Origin: an uncultured delta proteobacterium
GTDB taxonomy: Bacteria; Myxococcota_A; Polyangia; Polyangiales; Polyangiaceae
Reading direction: 5' to 3'
Assembly (NCBI GenBank): GCA_963716725.1
Contig: CAVQUB010000015.1
Location: forward strand, 512,001 to 576,000
Length of the DNA stretch: 64,000 bases
Made by a program: the position numbers and the translations under genes. The notes below the pieces were generated by a model. It made no database searches, had not been told where the DNA came from, and was given only the letters and a program-made list of their open reading frames with translations. Below are positions 47,915 to 58,064 of the stretch, piece by piece (position 1 is the first letter of the stretch; every line of letters starts with the position of its first letter).

Positions 47915-48718
47915 TCAGCGCGGCGCCGCCAGGAACGCCACCAGCGCCCGGTTGTACTCTGCCGCGTGGCTCAGGTTCACGATGTGACCGGCCCCCGGGA
48001 TCTCGACCAGGTTCGCGCCGGGGATCAGCCGACCCAGAGCGCGGCAGGCCCCCAGCGACGGAAGGTCCTCGGCGCCGACGATCACCAAAGTCGGGATGGC
48101 GAGCTCGGTCAGCCCCGTCATGTCGTTCGGTGCCGGCTGCTGGGCGATCAGCTCACGCAATACGTGGACCAGCGCGTGGGGACGATGTTCGAGGAAGCCG
48201 CTCTTGATCAGATCCGCGGTCCTTGCATCGAAACGGCCCCAGATCAGCTCCTGCCCGGCAGCCTCGAGGCCCCGCGCTTCGATGGCATCGGCGAAGCCGC
48301 GGGCCCAGGGCACGTGAGCCGGCTCGTCCACCGCCCGGGGAAACGCCGACAGCACCAGGCCGGACACGCGCTCGGAGTGCTCGAGAGCGAAGCGCAGCGC
48401 GATGCCCGCTCCCATGCTGAGCCCACCGACCACGGCGCGTTCGGTGTCGAAGGCGTCGAGCACGGCCCCGAGATCTGCGACGAAGAGCTCGGGCTGGTAG
48501 GCCGCGGCAGGCTCCGGCGCGTCGCTGCGCGCGTGCCCGCGGGCATCGAACAGGACCACGCGATGGTTCGCGGCCAGAGCGCGAGCTTGCGGACGGAAGT
48601 TGCGAGCGCTGCCGCCGAAGCCGTGGCCGAGCACGACGCAAGGGCCACGATTACCCCAACACTCGGCGAAGATCGCGACCTCGCCGGACAGTACCCGGAC
48701 GCTCCTCGGCGCGCTCAA
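47915..48718 (-). CDS. Alpha/beta fold hydrolase
   Basis: HGFGG, DARGHARS, GLSMGA nucleophile elbow, GAGH. Confidence 0.88.
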   Translation of the reverse strand: MSAPRSVRVLSGEVAIFAECWGNRGPCVVLGHGFGGSARNFRPQARALAANHRVVLFDARGHARSDAPEPAAAYQPELFVADLGAVLDAFDTERAVVGGLSMGAGIALRFALEHSERVSGLVLSAFPRAVDEPAHVPWARGFADAIEARGLEAAGQELIWGRFDARTADLIKSGFLEHRPHALVHVLRELIAQQPAPNDMTGLTELAIPTLVIVGAEDLPSLGACRALGRLIPGANLVEIPGAGHIVNLSHAAEYNRALVAFLAAPR

Positions 48719-49875
48719 AGCGCCGCCTCGTAGAGCGCCAGCACGTCGTTCTGATCTGGAAAGCGCGGGGTGCCGGTGAGAACGGTGTCGGCCATGGCGT
48801 CGTCGACCAGGGTCGCGCAGAGCGCGCGCTCGACGCCCAAAGCGCCCGCGCGCTGACCGAGGCCCACCCGAACACTGATCTGTTCGACCGCAGCGATGGC
48901 GCGGTGGGCGTTCTCCGCGTCACTCACCCCGGGCGCTGCGACCCCCAGCGCGATGGCCACCTGGGCGTAACGGGCCTCCGCGATGGCGAAATTGAAGCGC
49001 ATCACGTGGGGCAAAAAGGTCGCCAGCGCCCGCCCGTGAGCCACGTCGAGGCGGACCGTGAGCGGATGGGCCATGGCGTGACAGAGTCCCAGCCCCGAGC
49101 TGCCCGCCGCGAGCCCCGCCAGGTGCGCGGCCAGCAACATCTGGCCGCGGGCCTCGACGTCGGCGCCTGAATCGTAGGCCTTCGGCAAGAAGCTACCCAG
49201 GGCAGCCAACGCGCGGAGCGCCAGGGCATCCGAGTAAGGGTTGTTCCGGTTGCTCGTGATGGCCTCGACGGCGTGCGCCAGCGCGTCCATGCCGCTGGCA
49301 GCCGTGATCTCCTGCGGCACCGCGGTGCCGAGCTCGGGATCGAGCATCACGCATTTGGGCTGCACACTGGGGTGCCCCAGCGGGAACAGACGCTGAGTCC
49401 GCGGCTCGAGCAGGTGAGCGATCATGTTCGTCTCCGAGCCACTGCCGGCGGTGGTCGGGACCGCGATCACGGGCATGCCCGCGCGGGTCGGGCGGCAGCC
49501 GGGCGGATAGTCGCTCACGTTGCCGCCGTTGGTCGCCACCAGGGCGACGGCCTTGGCCGTATCCATGACCGACCCGCCGCCGACGGCGAGCAGCAGCGAG
49601 TCGGGTTCGCTCCTCGCCCGCGCCAGCAGCGTGGCGATCCGGTCGGCGCAGGGGATCCGCCGCTGGGTCGCTGAGACCTCCACCGCGATGGCGTCGGCCT
49701 CGAGCACGGCGCGGATCTTGTGGATGACGCCGGCGAGTTCGACGCCGGGATCGGTCACCACGATCACGCGCTTGCGTTCGAGCGCACGTACGGCGCGCGG
49801 CAGCTTCTCGACGGAGCCGCAGCCGAAGTGCGCGTGAACGCCAGATCCAATTTCGAAGACGGATTCGCTCAGCAT
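48715..49875 (-). CDS. Iron-containing alcohol dehydrogenase
   Basis: GGGSVMDTAK, PTTAGSGSE, DALAHAVE, HAMAH, HG. Confidence 0.88.
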   Translation of the reverse strand: MLSESVFEIGSGVHAHFGCGSVEKLPRAVRALERKRVIVVTDPGVELAGVIHKIRAVLEADAIAVEVSATQRRIPCADRIATLLARARSEPDSLLLAVGGGSVMDTAKAVALVATNGGNVSDYPPGCRPTRAGMPVIAVPTTAGSGSETNMIAHLLEPRTQRLFPLGHPSVQPKCVMLDPELGTAVPQEITAASGMDALAHAVEAITSNRNNPYSDALALRALAALGSFLPKAYDSGADVEARGQMLLAAHLAGLAAGSSGLGLCHAMAHPLTVRLDVAHGRALATFLPHVMRFNFAIAEARYAQVAIALGVAAPGVSDAENAHRAIAAVEQISVRVGLGQRAGALGVERALCATLVDDAMADTVLTGTPRFPDQNDVLALYEAAL

Positions 49876-49984
49876 CTGCTGCGACCCCGAGACGGTAGCA
49901 GAGCCACCGACCCAGAGGGGCGCTTCGCGCGATACGCCTCTTGACCCCAGCCGGCGCCGTCTTTACGACCGCAGCCCTCCGAAC

Positions 49985-52091
49985 ATGCCCGAGCCGAAGC
50001 TGAATCCGCCGCAGCGCGCCGCCGTGACCACGCTTTCGGGGCCGCTTCTGGTGCTCGCCGGCGCGGGCACGGGCAAGACCCGGGTCATCACCTTTCGCAT
50101 CGCAGCGCTGATCCAGAGCGGCATCCAGCCCAGCCGAATCTTGGCCGTCACCTTCACCAACAAGGCCGCGCGCGAGATGAAGGATCGCGCCATGGCGCTG
50201 ATCAAGACGGGGCGTCGACGCGGGAAGGAAGGCCCGGAGATCTCCACCTTCCACTCGCTCTGCGTCCGTGTGCTGCGCCGTCACGCAGAAAAGCTGGGCT
50301 ATCCCAAGCGAGTTTTCCATCTACGACCGCGGAGACCAAGAGTCCGTCGCACGCTCGGCCTTGCGCGACATCCGGGTCGGACACGAGACGCTTCGGCCCG
50401 GCGATCTGCTGCACGCCATCGGCGGCTGGAAGAGCGCTTCGGTGGCGCCAAACGCCGCCGAAGAGGGCGCCGAAGACGACAAGAAGCAGCTCGCTGCCCT
50501 GGCTTATCGTCGCTACCAGGATCACCTGCGCGCGAGCGGGGCCGTCGACTTCGACGATCTACTGCTCAAGACCGAGGAGCTTTTTGACCGCTTTCCCGAG
50601 GCTCGCTTCGCCGAGGCCACCCGCTTCGATCACCTCTTGATCGACGAGTACCAGGACACCAACGGCCTCCAGTACCGCATCGTCAAGGCGCTGGCGGACC
50701 GCCACCGCAACCTGTGCGTGGTGGGCGACGACGACCAGTCGATCTACGGCTGGCGCGGCGCCGAGGTCACGCACATCCTCAGCTTTCAGCGCGACTGGCC
50801 CGAGGCGAAGGTGGTGCGACTCGAGGACAACTACCGCTCCCGGGCTCCGATTTTCGCCCTGGCCAACACGCTGATCGCTCACAACTCCACCCGGCACGAC
50901 AAGGTGCTCCGGCCCTCGCGCGAGGGCGGCGAGGCGCCACGCTTCATTCGATTCGAAGACGAGACCTCCGAGGCCGAGAGCGTGGTGCGCGAGATCGAGC
51001 GACGCGTCGACACCGAGAACCCCGAGCGTGTGACGCCCAGCGACATCGCCATCTTGTTTCGCACCAACGAGCAGCCGCGGGCCTTCGAGCTCGAAATGCG
51101 ACGCGCCCGCGTTCCGTACCTGCTGGTCGGCGGCCTGTCCTTCTACGACCGCAAGGAGGTCCGTGACGTACTGGCCTACCTCAAGGTGCTGGCCAACCCG
51201 TCGGACGAGGTCTCGCTGCTTCGGATCTTGAACACGCCGCCGCGGGGCATCGGCGCCAGCACCGTCGAGACCCTGCTCGAGCAAGCGGTCTCTGCGGGGC
51301 AGCCGCTGTGGAAGGTGCTGCCGGAGGCGGTCGAGAGCGGCGATATTGCCCACCACGCCGGCGAGCGCATCGAGGCATTTCGCGGGATGATCGAGGGCTA
51401 TCGTGCGCGACTCGGCGCCGAGCCCCTGGCGGAGGTGGTGAAGGACCTGATCGCGACCGTCAACTACAAGAGCGAGATCGAGCGGATCTACAAGAACTCC
51501 GGCGACGTCGAGTCGCGCTGGCACTCCATCGAGGAGCTGGTCAACGCGGTGGCTCAGTACGAGAGCCGGACCCCGGAGGCCTCGCTGCTGGGCTTTCTCG
51601 AAGAATCCACGCTGGCAGGGCGCGAGGACTTCAAAGACAACGACAAAGAGCGCAAGGCCCACGCGGTGACGTTGATGACGATGCACAGCGCCAAGGGGCT
51701 CGAGTTCCCCCACGTCTACATGGTCGGCATGGAAGAGGGGCTCTTGCCCCACTCACGCTCGATCGTCGACGGCCGCAGCATCGACGAGGAGCGACGCCTC
51801 TGCTACGTCGGCGTCACGCGCGCTCGGGAGACGCTGACCTTGACCCTGTGCAAGGCGCGCATGAAGTGGGGCAAGGCTCGGCCGCAGATCCCGAGCCGTT
51901 TCTTGATGGAAATGCGGGGGGAGACCGAGAAGGCCAAGCGCGCGGCTGAGGCGGCGGAGAAGCTCTTCCGTGGCGAGGGCCCGGGCGGTTCACGCGACGC
52001 GACGCCTGGAGACGCGGCGGACGCAAAGCCCGCTCCGAGCAAGAAGAAACGTGGCAAGACCGGCGCGGCGACGCGCCGAGCGAGGGGGTGA
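49985..52091 (+). CDS. UvrD/Rep/PcrA helicase, frameshift near 50305
   Basis: AGAGTGKT, TFTNKAAREM, TFHS in the first frame; DEYQD, VGDDDQSIY, NYRS, HSAKGLEF, YVGVTRA in the second. Confidence 0.9.
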
Positions 52092-52095
52092 GACC

Positions 52096-52758
52096 ATGAG
52101 TGTTTCAGTAGTCACAGGCGCAAATCGCGGGATCGGGCTCGAGCTCGCTGGGCAGTTGAAGGCCCGCGGGGCGGACGTCGTAGCGGTCTGTCGCAAGTCG
52201 TCCCCAGGGCTCGACGCCTTGGGAGTTCGTGTCGAGGCCGGCCTCGATCTCGCAGGCCCGGACTTCGAGGCAGAGCTCGCGCGGCGCTTCGCGGGGGACG
52301 AGATCGAACTGTTGATCCAGAATGCGGGCGTGCTGATCGCCGACGCTCTCGGTGATGCGAGCCGCGAGCAGGTGATGAAGCAGATCGAAATCAACGCGCT
52401 CGGCCCCCTCTTGGCGACGCGGGCGCTCTTGCCGCGCATGTCGGAGGGCGCCAAGGTCGCGCTGATCACCAGTCGCATGGGATCCATCGCCGACAACGAC
52501 TCGGGCGGATACTACGGTTATCGCATGAGCAAGGCCGCTCTGAACGCGGCGGGCATGTCCCTGGCGCGGGATCTGGCGCCCAAGGGGATCGCCGTGGTGA
52601 CGCTGCATCCAGGCTTCGTGCGCACGGAGATGACCGGCAACCAGGGGCTGATCGACGCCGCAGAGTCCGCCCGAGGGCTCTTGGCGCGGATCGACGAGCT
52701 TCGCCTGGAGAACACCGGGCGCTTCCTGCATCAAAACGGTGACGAAATCCCGTGGTGA
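52096..52758 (+). CDS. Short-chain dehydrogenase/reductase (CsgA-like subfamily)
   Basis: TGANRGIG, NAG, SRMGS, YRMSKAALN, HPGFVRTEM. Confidence 0.88.
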   Translation: MSVSVVTGANRGIGLELAGQLKARGADVVAVCRKSSPGLDALGVRVEAGLDLAGPDFEAELARRFAGDEIELLIQNAGVLIADALGDASREQVMKQIEINALGPLLATRALLPRMSEGAKVALITSRMGSIADNDSGGYYGYRMSKAALNAAGMSLARDLAPKGIAVVTLHPGFVRTEMTGNQGLIDAAESARGLLARIDELRLENTGRFLHQNGDEIPW

Positions 52759-53726
52759 GCCGACGGGTCGAGCTCAGCGACGTCGGGCGCCACCTGCTGG
52801 TGGCGGGGCTTTGGGTCGCCGCCTTTCTCCTGTTTTCCAGGTACGGGGCGCGACTCGTGCCGGTCTCGCTGGCGCGCAACCTGAGTCTTCAGGGCTATCT
52901 CACCGTGTTGCAGCTCGTCACGGCTGCCCTCGGCATCGCCCTGAGCGCCGTGCTCTTGGAGCGACCGCGGGACGCGCTCGGGATCGCTCCGGTGCCGCTC
53001 CGCCGCGCGCTGGGGCTCCTGCTGATCGGGCCGGCCATCTACGTGATCGCGAGCTACGTGGCGATCTACGTGGCGCTGCCGACGCTGCTCGCTGAGATCG
53101 CGGCGCGGGGTCGCCAGGCGGTCCAAGAGTCCACCGGTGAGTTCGGACGCCAGCTCGCCTCCTCCGGGCTCGGCCTCGCCGTCGTCTGGGGCGTGGTGGT
53201 GTCGCCCCTGGCCGAAGAGCTGATGTTCCGCGGAGCCCTGTGGTCTGCCGTGCAGAGCCTGGTCGACTTCAGCCGGGGACGCCGGGCCGCCGCTGACTCC
53301 GCGCCCAGCTCCGCGGACTTGCCCGAAGGCGTGATCGCGCCGAGCGCGACCCTGTACCTCGCGAGCTCGGTGGGCGCGTTCTTCGTCACCGGCGGCGTGG
53401 CAACCTTCGCCAGCGCCGGCGTCTTTGCCCTGATGCACGCCGACGTGCCCGGCGGATTGGGCATCGTGCGCTGGGTCAGCGCCCTGGGCCTGGGGCTCGC
53501 CACCGGGTTTGCTCGTCACTTCGCCTCGTCTCTGGCCGCTCCGATCCTGATCCACGCGGCGTTCAACGCCTGCGCCCTGGCAACCACGCGTCGCTGGTTG
53601 GTCACCGAGAGCTTTGGCCAGAAGCTCGGCGTTCCCATCTTGCTCTCCGCGCTGGCGGTCGGATGCCTGATCGCAGCCGCCGCGGTCACCTTCGCGTTCA
53701 GGGCCCGACCAGGCCGAGCTTCCTGA
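52755..53726 (+). CDS. CPBP/Abi family intramembrane metalloprotease
   Basis: EELMFRG, FALMH and HAAFN motifs; multiple TM helices. Confidence 0.82.
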   Translation: MSRRVELSDVGRHLLVAGLWVAAFLLFSRYGARLVPVSLARNLSLQGYLTVLQLVTAALGIALSAVLLERPRDALGIAPVPLRRALGLLLIGPAIYVIASYVAIYVALPTLLAEIAARGRQAVQESTGEFGRQLASSGLGLAVVWGVVVSPLAEELMFRGALWSAVQSLVDFSRGRRAAADSAPSSADLPEGVIAPSATLYLASSVGAFFVTGGVATFASAGVFALMHADVPGGLGIVRWVSALGLGLATGFARHFASSLAAPILIHAAFNACALATTRRWLVTESFGQKLGVPILLSALAVGCLIAAAAVTFAFRARPGRAS

Positions 53727-54708
53727 TCACTACGTCGCCCACCAAGCCCAGCACGTAGAGCACGCCGAAGCGTCGCGTGTGGTGGAAGGCAAATGCCACG
53801 AACCACAGCGGCCAGACGTTGGGCGGCAGCTCCGGGGGCGGCTCCTTGGGGCGACGTGAAGCGTAGGCCTTGAGCGCCAGACGCAGCGCCGGCAGCGCCC
53901 CGAGCACCAGCAAGAGCACCGGCGAAAAGTAACGCGTCACCACCAGGGCGACGACGAGCCCGTACTGAGAGAGCAGCATGGCCACGGTGGTGGCGCGTGA
54001 CAGGCGCTCGCCGAGCAAGACCGGCAGCGTGCGGATGCGCTTGGCCCGGTCGGCTTCGAGCTTGTCGATGTGCTTGCCGAAGAGCACCGCGGTCGCCCCC
54101 AGCGCGAAGGGCAGGCTCGCCAGCACGACCTGCCAGTCGAAGCGCCCGGCGACCACGTAGTAGGTGCCGCCGACCATCAGCGGTCCCCACACCACCAACA
54201 CCGCCGGCTCCCCCATGCCGATGTACTTCAGGGGCCAGGTGTAGAAGAGCACGAAGAAGATGCCGACCAAGAACAGCGTCAGCGTGATCTGTCCGCGCTG
54301 CGCCACCAGGTAGGTGCCCGCTGCCAGCGCCACGAGCCCGGTCCCGGCGGCGTACTTGATCACCTGGCCGATGGTCATCAAGCCGTGCTCGAGGGGCTGC
54401 GGCCCGTACTGGGTCCGGAAGTAGTTGTCCTTGTCCACGCCCTTCTTGTGGTCGGTCAGGTCGTTGACCAGGTTGTTGGTGGCGTGGGCGAAGGCGAGCC
54501 CGAGGGTGCACGCGCCCCAGAGCGCTGCGTCGAAGCGCCCGTCGCGGTAGGCCAAGAGCCCCGCGATGCCCGCGGCGATCACGGTCATGATGATCACCGC
54601 GGAGCGCGTGGCGATCAGCCAACGGCTCACGAAGTCGAGTTCGGCCCACTCTTCTTTGCTGACGCGCGGTATGACCGACAGCGCGCGCCCCCACATGGCG
54701 ACGTTCAT
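53698..54708 (-). CDS. UbiA-family prenyltransferase, MenA-like
   Basis: NLVNDLTDHKKGVD, YTWPLKYIGMGE, HIDKLEADRAKRIRTL. Confidence 0.8.
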   Translation of the reverse strand: MNVAMWGRALSVIPRVSKEEWAELDFVSRWLIATRSAVIIMTVIAAGIAGLLAYRDGRFDAALWGACTLGLAFAHATNNLVNDLTDHKKGVDKDNYFRTQYGPQPLEHGLMTIGQVIKYAAGTGLVALAAGTYLVAQRGQITLTLFLVGIFFVLFYTWPLKYIGMGEPAVLVVWGPLMVGGTYYVVAGRFDWQVVLASLPFALGATAVLFGKHIDKLEADRAKRIRTLPVLLGERLSRATTVAMLLSQYGLVVALVVTRYFSPVLLLVLGALPALRLALKAYASRRPKEPPPELPPNVWPLWFVAFAFHHTRRFGVLYVLGLVGDVVIRKLGLVGP

Positions 54709-54721
54709 CGCGGGATATTCC

Positions 54722-55231
54722 TCACAGCCGGTCGAGCTCGGCGTCGATCTGGTCGTCGTAGGCGTCCCGGCCGCGGGGCTTCTTCTGCTTGTCTTCCGCG
54801 AGCTGAGCGGCGCGATCCGCGACGGCGCGGCGGCGCCAGCGCAACAACATGAACACCGCGCCAATGCCGGCAGCGCCGAAACCGAGCGACAGAATCACGC
54901 CCACGTCTTTGAGCGGGTTGCCGGTCGGGACCGCCAGGATGCGATCGCCGTAGCGCCGGACGAAGTCGGCCTGAATAGCCTCTTGGGTCTCGCCAGCCTT
55001 GAGGCGGGTCCGGATTTCGCGACGGAGCTCGTTCGAGACCGGGGAGCCGTGGATGTCGAGGGTCTGGGTCCAGCAGCAGGGCGCGCGGATTCGACCCTCG
55101 ATGGCCGACGCGCCCTCGACGACCTCGCTGAAGTCCGCCTTCGACGCTTCGCCGTGATCCTCGCCGGCCACGGCTCGGGCCGTCCCGAGCGCGAACGCCA
55201 GGACGAAGAGCGCGATGCGATGGCGAGCCAT
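54722..55231 (-). CDS. CcmH/CcmL/NrfF-like cytochrome c biogenesis protein
   Basis: IRAPCCWTQTL...ELRREI...FVRRYGDRILAVP plus TM helix; signal peptide. Confidence 0.75.
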   Translation of the reverse strand: MARHRIALFVLAFALGTARAVAGEDHGEASKADFSEVVEGASAIEGRIRAPCCWTQTLDIHGSPVSNELRREIRTRLKAGETQEAIQADFVRRYGDRILAVPTGNPLKDVGVILSLGFGAAGIGAVFMLLRWRRRAVADRAAQLAEDKQKKPRGRDAYDDQIDAELDRL

Positions 55232-55321
55232 GGGCTGAATCTGGTGCGGTTGGCCCCCGCCGTCCAGGGCGATTCCGCCCGGGGCTTGCGCTCTCCCTCG
55301 CACGTGGGATAAGCCGCCGGC

Positions 55322-55858
55322 ATGTGCCACCGAGCATCGGCGTTGTTCGCGGTAGCAGTCCTGATCGCCTGCGAGTCCAACCCCCCGGCGCCGGCGGCCG
55401 AGACCACGCAGCCAGCGGCCGGGCCATCGGCGACCCCCGCACCGTCTGCGGCCCCCACGCGCGTTACGAAGACCTACGGCGCACCGTTGGGCAACACCGC
55501 CGCGGTCGTCCTGGCCGACGTGCTCACGAAACCCGACGGTTTTCAGGGCAAGGACGTGGTCGTCGAAGGCGAGGTCCGCCGCGCCTGCTCCAAGAAGGGC
55601 TGCTGGATGGAGATTGCGGAGAGCTCCGGCGCCGACGCCCGGGGCGCGCGCGTCACCTTCAAGGACTACGGCTTCTTCGTGCCGCTCGACTCGGCCGGCG
55701 CCCACGCCAAGCTGCAAGGCGTGGTCGGCGTCGAACTCATGAAGAAGGGCCACGTCGAGCACCTGGAGGAAGAGGGCGCCAAGGTCGCCAACAAGAACCC
55801 CGACGGCACGGCGAAGGAAGTGCAGTTCGTCGCTTCGGGCGTCGAACTGACGAAGTGA
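55322..55858 (+). CDS. DUF4920-like lipoprotein
   Basis: LIAC lipobox; CSKKGCWM and RVTFKDYGFFVP. Confidence 0.75.
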   Translation: MCHRASALFAVAVLIACESNPPAPAAETTQPAAGPSATPAPSAAPTRVTKTYGAPLGNTAAVVLADVLTKPDGFQGKDVVVEGEVRRACSKKGCWMEIAESSGADARGARVTFKDYGFFVPLDSAGAHAKLQGVVGVELMKKGHVEHLEEEGAKVANKNPDGTAKEVQFVASGVELTK

Positions 55859-55859
55859 G

Positions 55860-56504
55860 TCAGAACTTGGGGATTCGCAGGGTCTTGCTGATCATGGCGC
55901 TGCCGCTGGCCAGGTAGATCAGCACCAGCGGGTGGAACTGCAACCCAAAGACCACGACGTTCCCAAAGGGCAGCGCGGCGTGGATGCGGCCCTGCCACGC
56001 GAGGATGGCGAGCAGCAGCACGAGCGCTAGGCTGGTGGGGATCGGCGTGCCTTCGAAGTGGGTCACCTTGCCGCTATCGTCGCTGAGCTGGGCGGCGGTC
56101 GCGTTGTAGCGCGCGAGGCGGCTGATGCCGCAGCCCACGAAGTACACGAGCACGATGGCGTCGACCCCTCCACGCATGCCGACCGCATAAGCGAGGACCG
56201 CCGGGGCGACGCCGAAGGACACCAGATCGGCCAAGGAGTCCAGATCCGCTCCCAAGAGCGAGTTCTTGCGCCGCCAGCGCGCGACCCGACCGTCGAGGAA
56301 GTCGAAGAGCATCGCGAAGGGCAAGAATGCGAACGCCGTCCAGAGAAAGCGTGCGTCTCGGGAGTCGAGGTATTCGAGAACCGACAGCACGCTGGCCATG
56401 CCCGAGAAGCCGTTGGCGAGGGTGATCAGATCCGCCAGCGAGAACTCGCGCAGCATGCTGAAGCGCCGGCGGGGCCGTTTCGGGCGGGGTGCATCGCTCG
56501 TCAC
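55860..56504 (-). CDS. pssA: CDP-diacylglycerol--serine O-phosphatidyltransferase
   Basis: DFLDGRVAR...GADLDSLADLVSFGVAP, RLARYN, FEGTPIP. Confidence 0.85.
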   Translation of the reverse strand: MTSDAPRPKRPRRRFSMLREFSLADLITLANGFSGMASVLSVLEYLDSRDARFLWTAFAFLPFAMLFDFLDGRVARWRRKNSLLGADLDSLADLVSFGVAPAVLAYAVGMRGGVDAIVLVYFVGCGISRLARYNATAAQLSDDSGKVTHFEGTPIPTSLALVLLLAILAWQGRIHAALPFGNVVVFGLQFHPLVLIYLASGSAMISKTLRIPKF

Positions 56505-56635
56505 CCCTCCCCTTCAGCACGCCGGACGACCGGCGAAAAGCCCCAAGAATCGCCCTCCTGGTCGGGCCCCTCCCGCCGAGGTCTGCCGGGGGGTTTCGCG
56601 GCAGCCGCGAGGTTGTGGTAGCGCTTCGAACCGCC

Positions 56636-57745
56636 ATGTCGAAGTCGTCGCTCGCGCTCGGGATCTTGCTCGTCGGCCTCTCGGTCGCGAGCCCGGGATT
56701 CGCCGCAGACAGGACCCACGTGGTCGCGGCCGGACACACCCTCGGCAAGATCGCGAAGCGCTACCGGGTGAGCATCGACGCCCTGTGCGAGGCCAACGGC
56801 ATCGATCGACGCGCGCGGCTCAAGCCCGGCATGAAGCTGGTGATCCCCGACCCGACGACCAAGGGCGATTCGAAAGAGGACGACGACTCAGCCGGCTCGG
56901 AGCCTGCTGAGGACACCGATGAGCCCGCGCCGCCGCCCAAGCCCCCCGCCGAGTCCAAGCCGAGCGACGAATCCAAGCCCAGCGACGAATCCAAGCCCAG
57001 CGACGAGAGCGCGGGCGCCAAGAACTTCGGGAACGACGGGCTCAAGATGCTCGACGTGCCTGGTCACGGTCCAGCGTACTTCTACGAACCCACGGGTCCG
57101 GGGCGCAAAGGTCTCAAGCCCGTGATCATGTACTTGCACGGGCGCGGCGGGAGCCCGCTGCGCGACTGTCGGCGCTGGGCGCCGGTCGCGCGACGCTTCG
57201 GTTGGTTGGTCTGCCCCAGCGGCCCCAGCGCCCATGGCGACGGTCGTGACTGGAGCAACAACTGGTACAGCGGGCAACAAGTCACGTTGGCGACCCTCAA
57301 GCAACTGCGCAAAGAGTACGGCCGGCGCGTTCAGCTCGTGGGCAATACCTTGGTCGGCTTCAGCGAGGGGGCGTACGTCGCGCTCAACGTCGGGGTGCGC
57401 GAACCGCGGACCTTCAACCGTTGGCTGATCCTGGCGGGCAACACCTCGTACTGGGGCGGCGCCGGTCTCGAGGAGCTGAAGAAGAACGCCGCGACGCTCA
57501 AGCGCGTGTATCTGATCACCGGTGAAGGCGACAGTGTGATCGAGGGCACCAAGCAGCTCCAGGACTGGCTGGATCGCCACAAAGTCGCGAACCGCGCCTC
57601 GACGCCCAAGGACATGGGCCACGAGGTAGCCCTCGAGAAGAAGGGCGCGATGTACCGCGCGGCCTTGCACTGGCTCGATCGCGGCGGCGGCGGCAAGACC
57701 AAGAAGGCTTCCGCCAAGAACAAGTCGGACGCCCGCAAGCGCTGA
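56636..57745 (+). CDS. Exported LysM domain plus alpha/beta hydrolase (esterase-like) protein
   Basis: Signal peptide, LysM (HVVAAGHTLGKIAKRY...LKPGMKLVIP), ESKPSD x3 linker, LHGRG, GFSEG, GHEV. Confidence 0.8.
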   Translation: MSKSSLALGILLVGLSVASPGFAADRTHVVAAGHTLGKIAKRYRVSIDALCEANGIDRRARLKPGMKLVIPDPTTKGDSKEDDDSAGSEPAEDTDEPAPPPKPPAESKPSDESKPSDESKPSDESAGAKNFGNDGLKMLDVPGHGPAYFYEPTGPGRKGLKPVIMYLHGRGGSPLRDCRRWAPVARRFGWLVCPSGPSAHGDGRDWSNNWYSGQQVTLATLKQLRKEYGRRVQLVGNTLVGFSEGAYVALNVGVREPRTFNRWLILAGNTSYWGGAGLEELKKNAATLKRVYLITGEGDSVIEGTKQLQDWLDRHKVANRASTPKDMGHEVALEKKGAMYRAALHWLDRGGGGKTKKASAKNKSDARKR

Positions 57746-57747
57746 GA

Positions 57748-58029
57748 TCAGTGCCAGGCGGCGGCGGTCTTGACCGGCTGCCCGCTCTTGTCGTGCTCCA
57801 TCAGCAGCTGCTCGGCGTGCTGCATGCAGCCGACGCAACTCGGGAAGCGTGAGCCGTGGTCACAGGTGAGGACCGTTGCCGTCGGCGGGGTGCCCGAGAA
57901 CTCCGCTTGGTCGAGATGCCGACCGCAGGAGACGCAATGGATGTGCTCCGAGTGGGTGTGGGGCCCCGGGCGGTGCGTCGGGTCTTGGGCTTTGCGTTCG
58001 CGTTTGGTGAGGCGCTTCTGACGTTTCAT
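57748..58029 (-). CDS. Small Cys/His-rich putative metal-binding protein
   Basis: Basic N-terminus, HIHCVSCGRH, CDHG, CVGC. Confidence 0.65.
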   Translation of the reverse strand: MKRQKRLTKRERKAQDPTHRPGPHTHSEHIHCVSCGRHLDQAEFSGTPPTATVLTCDHGSRFPSCVGCMQHAEQLLMEHDKSGQPVKTAAAWH

Positions 58030-58064
58030 TGCGGGCCGCATCAGAGCCGAGCGACCGCGCACCG

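Noticed and set aside
45323..48733. 1136-aa plus-strand ORF
   Set aside because: Antisense mirror of the FG-GAP and hydrolase genes, with no motifs of its own.
52096..52758. Naming the SDR csgA (C-signal)
   Set aside because: The subfamily motifs fit, but orthology cannot be shown from sequence reading alone.
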